A stretch of DNA of 64,000 bases from assembly GCA_965649825.1 (NCBI GenBank), contig OZ287705.1, positions 704,214 through 768,213 on the forward strand, given 5' to 3'. This stretch comes from Penicillus capitatus. Taxonomy: Eukaryota; Plantae; Chlorophyta. This document shows, piece by piece, positions 60,501 through 64,000 of this stretch (position 1 is the stretch's first letter; every line of letters starts with the position of its first letter). The notes beneath the pieces were generated by a model, which worked only from the letters and a program-made list of their open reading frames with translations, was not told where the DNA came from and did not search any database. The position numbers and the translations under genes were made by a program.

Positions 60501-63500
60501 GGGTGGGGATGGGTCGGCGGGGTCGAGTGGATGCCGACGGACCCTCGGTTGGAGCCCGACGGCGGCGTCCTCGGGCTGTGGCGCGGCCTTTCCGGATTCG
60601 ACATTTCGGCACACTACGGCCCACGGCGGGCCCACCGTCGGCAATCTTCGACGCAGACGGGTGCGGGACGCCTCGGGACTCGCCGCGGATGCCAATCGGT
60701 GGAGGTTCGTATGGCTCTGGGCGGTGTCGCACTTGGTTGAAATCGAGGCGGTCACGTCGCATCAGGTGTAACCTGGCCTGTCAGTACGATCTGGAAGTGC
60801 ACGAGGACGCCGGCGACACGGTCGAGCGAGGGTGGGGATGGGTCGGCGGGGTCGAGTGGATGCCGACGGACCCTTGGTTGGAGCCCGACGGCGGCGTGCT
60901 CGACCTGTGGCGCGGCCTTTCCGGATTCGACATTTCGGCAGACCACGGCCCACGGAGGGCCCACCGTCGGCAATCTTCGACGCAGACGGGTGCGGGACGC
61001 CTCGGGACACACCGCGGATGCCGATCGGCGGAGGCTCGTTTGGCTCTGGGCGGTGTCGTACGGAGTTGAAATCGAGGCGGTCACGTCGCATCAGGTGTAA
61101 CCTGGCCTGTCAGTGACTCGCAGAAGTGCACGATGCCGCCGGCGACACGGTCGAGCGAGGGTGAGAATGTGTCGGCGGGGTCGATTGGATGCCGACGGAC
61201 CCTTGGTTGGAGCCCGACGGCGGCGTCCTCGGGCTGTGGCGCGGCCTTTCCGGATTCGACATTTCGGCACACCACGGCCCACGGAGGGCCGACCGTCGGC
61301 AGACTTCAAAGCAGACGGGTGCGGGACGCCTCGGGACACACCGCGGATGCCAATCGGTGGAGGCTCGTTTGGCTCTGGGCGGTGTCGTACGGAGTTGAAA
61401 TCGAGGCGGTCACGTCGCATCAGGTGTAACCTGGCCTGTCAGTGACTCGCAGAAGTGCACGATGCCGCCGGCGACACGGTCGAGCGAGGGTGGGGATGTG
61501 TCGGCGGGGTCGAGTGGATGCCGACGGACCCTTGGTTGGAGCCCGACGGCGGCGTTCTCGGGCTGTGGCGCGGCCTTTCCGGATTCGACATTTCGGCAGA
61601 TTGCGGCCGACGGAGGGCCGACCGTCGGCAGTCTTCGACGCAGACGGGTGCGGGACGCCTCGGGACACGTCGCGGATGCCGATCACCGGAGGTTCGTTTG
61701 GCTCTGGGCGGTGTCGTACTTGGTTGAAATCGTGGCGGTCACGTCGCATCAGGTGTAACCTAGCCTGTCAGTACGATCTGGAAGTGCACGACGACGCCGG
61801 CGACACGGTCCAGCGAGGGTGGGAATGTGTCGGCGGGGTCGAGTGGATGCCGACGGACCCTTGGTTGGAGCCCGACGGCGGCGTGCTCGGCCTGTGGCGC
61901 CGCCTTTCCGGATTCGACATTTCGGCACACTACGGCCGACGGAGGGCCCACCGTCGGCAGTCTTCGACGCAGACGGGTGCGGGACGCCTCGGGACACGTC
62001 GCGGATGCCAATCGGCGGAGGCTCGTTTGGCTCTGGGCGCTGTCGTACTTGGTTGAAATCGAGGCGGTCAAGTCGCATCAGGTGTAACCTGGCCTGTCAG
62101 TACGATCTGGAAGTGCACGATGACGCCGGCGACACGGTCGAGCGAGGGCGGCAATGTGTCGGCGGGGTCGAGTGGATGCCGACGGACCCTTGGTTGGAGC
62201 CCGACGGCGGCGTTCTCGGGCTGTGGCGCGGCCTTTCCGGATTCGACATTTCGGCAGACTACGGCCGACGGAGGGCCCACCGTCGGCAGTCTTCGACGCA
62301 GACGGGTGCGGGACGCCTCGGGACACGTCGCGGATGCCGATCGGTGGAGGCTCGTTTGGCTTTGGGCGGTGTCGTACTTGGTTGAAATCGAGGCGGTTAC
62401 GTCGCATCAGGTGTAACCTGGCCTGTCAGTACGATCTGGAAGTGCACGATGCCGCCGGCGACACGGTCCAGCGAGGGTGGGAATGTGTCGGCGGGGTCGA
62501 GTGGATGCCGACGGACCCTTGGTTGGAGCCCGACGGCGGCGTTCTCGGGCTGTGGCGCGGCCTTTTCGGATTCGACATTTCGGCACACTACGGCCGACGG
62601 AGGGCCCACCGTCGGCAGACTACGACGCAGACGGGTGCGGGACGCCTCGGGACACACCGCGGATGCCGATCGGTGGAGGCTCGTTTGGCTTTGGGCGCTG
62701 TCGTACGGAGTTGAAATCGTGGCGGTTACGTCGCATCAGGTGTAACCTGGCCTGTCAGTACGATCTGGAAGTGCACGATGACGCCGGCGACACGGTCCAG
62801 CGAGGGTGGGAATGTGTCGGCGGGGTCGAGTGGATGCCGACGGACCCTTGGTTGGAGCCCGACGGCGGCGTTCTCGGGCTGTGGCGCGGCCTTTTCGGAT
62901 TCGACATTTCGGCACACTACGGCCGACGGAGGGCCCACCGTCGGCAGACTACGACGCAGACGGGTGCGGGACGCCTCGGGACACACCGCGGATGCCGATC
63001 GGTGGAGGCTCGTTTGGCTTTGGGCGCTGTCGTACGGAGTTGAAATCGTGGCGGTTACGTCGCATCAGGTGTAACCTGGCCTGTCAGTACGATCTGGAAG
63101 TGCACGACGACGCCGGCGACACGGTCGAGCGAGGGCGGCAATGTGTCGGCGGGGTCGAGTGGATGCCGACGGACCCTTGGTTGGAGCCCGACGGTGGCGT
63201 CCTCGGGCTGTGGCGCGACCTTTCCGGATTCGACATTTCGGCAGATTGCGGCCGACGGAGGGCCCACCGTCGGCAGACTACGACGCAGACGGGTGCGGGA
63301 CGCCTCGGGACACACCGCGGATGCCAATCGGTGGAGGCTCGTTTGGCTTTGGGCGCTGTCGTACTTGGTTGAAATCGTGGCGGTTACGTCGCATCAGGTG
63401 TAACCTGGCCTGTCAGTACGATCTGGAAGTGCACGATGACGCCGGCGACACGGTCGAGCGAGGGTGGGAATGTGTCGGCGGGGTCGAGTGGATGCCGACG

Positions 63501-64000
63501 GACCCTTGGTTGGAGCCCGACGGCGGCGTTCTCGGATTCGACATTTCGGCAGATTGCGGCCGACGGAGGACCGACCGTCGGCAGACTACGACGCAGACGG
63601 GTGCGGGACGCCTCGGGACACACCGCGGATGCCAATCGGTGGAGGCTCGTTTGGCTTTGGGCGCTGTCGTACGGAGTTGAAATCGTGGCGGTTACGTCGC
63701 ATCAGGTGTAACCTGGCCTGTCAGTACGATCTGGAAGTGCACGATGCCGCCGGCGACACGGTCCAGCGAGGGTGGGAATGTGTCGGCGGGGTCGAGTGGA
63801 TGCGGACGGACCCTTGGTTGGAGCCCGACGGCGGCGTTCTCGGGCTGTGGCGCGGCCTTTTCGGATTCGACATTTCGGCAGATTGCGACCCACGGAGGAC
63901 CGACCGTCGGCAGACTACGACGCAGACGGGTGCGGGACGCCTCGGGACACACCGCGGATGCCAATCGGTGGAGGCTCGTTTGGCTTTGGGCGCTGTCGTA
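51557..64000. repeat. GC-rich 329-bp tandem satellite, about 37 copies plus one diverged edge monomer; runs off the window
   Basis: Anchor CGCATCAGGTGTAACCTGGCCTGTCAG recurs every 329 nt (e.g. the repeat-derived ORFs at 52208, 52537, 52866 ... 62078); one copy is 308 nt. Confidence 0.98.

Noticed and set aside
51694-63964. Dozens of 60-200 aa ORFs in the repeat array, and a possible CRISPR, 5S rDNA, SL-RNA or tRNA array
   Set aside because: The ORFs are repeated translations of a GC-rich 329-nt unit whose length is not a multiple of 3. There are no unique spacers, and no 5S, tRNA or SL motifs were recognised.

Overview
Eukaryotic nuclear DNA from a very compact, intron-rich genome. It is most likely a chlorophyte green alga: it encodes plastid IspE, STR14 rhodanese, KOBITO1, UDP-sugar pyrophosphorylase and a plastid-type J protein; introns are mostly about 45-70 nt GT-AG; TAA, TAG and TGA all act as stops. 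Bases 1-42.6 kb hold about 24 tightly packed genes plus a decayed Ty3/Gypsy integrase. From 42.6-51.5 kb gene density drops; this part contains an intronless secreted seven-repeat PLL-lectin-like gene, a frameshifted MGMT, COA3, STR14 and VMA12. From about 51.55 kb to the window end lies a GC-rich 329-bp tandem satellite (about 37 copies) with a diverged edge monomer, block duplications, a 24-bp dyad and a polymorphic G-quadruplex motif. The most notable observation is operon-like gene coupling: MRPL41 and ispE overlap at a TGATG stop/start, the spliced MRPL41 CDS has no internal AUG, and a second TGATG sits at the ispE stop. Three more same-strand pairs are only 12-25 nt apart. All gene models, intron boundaries and family calls were made by eye without database searches.
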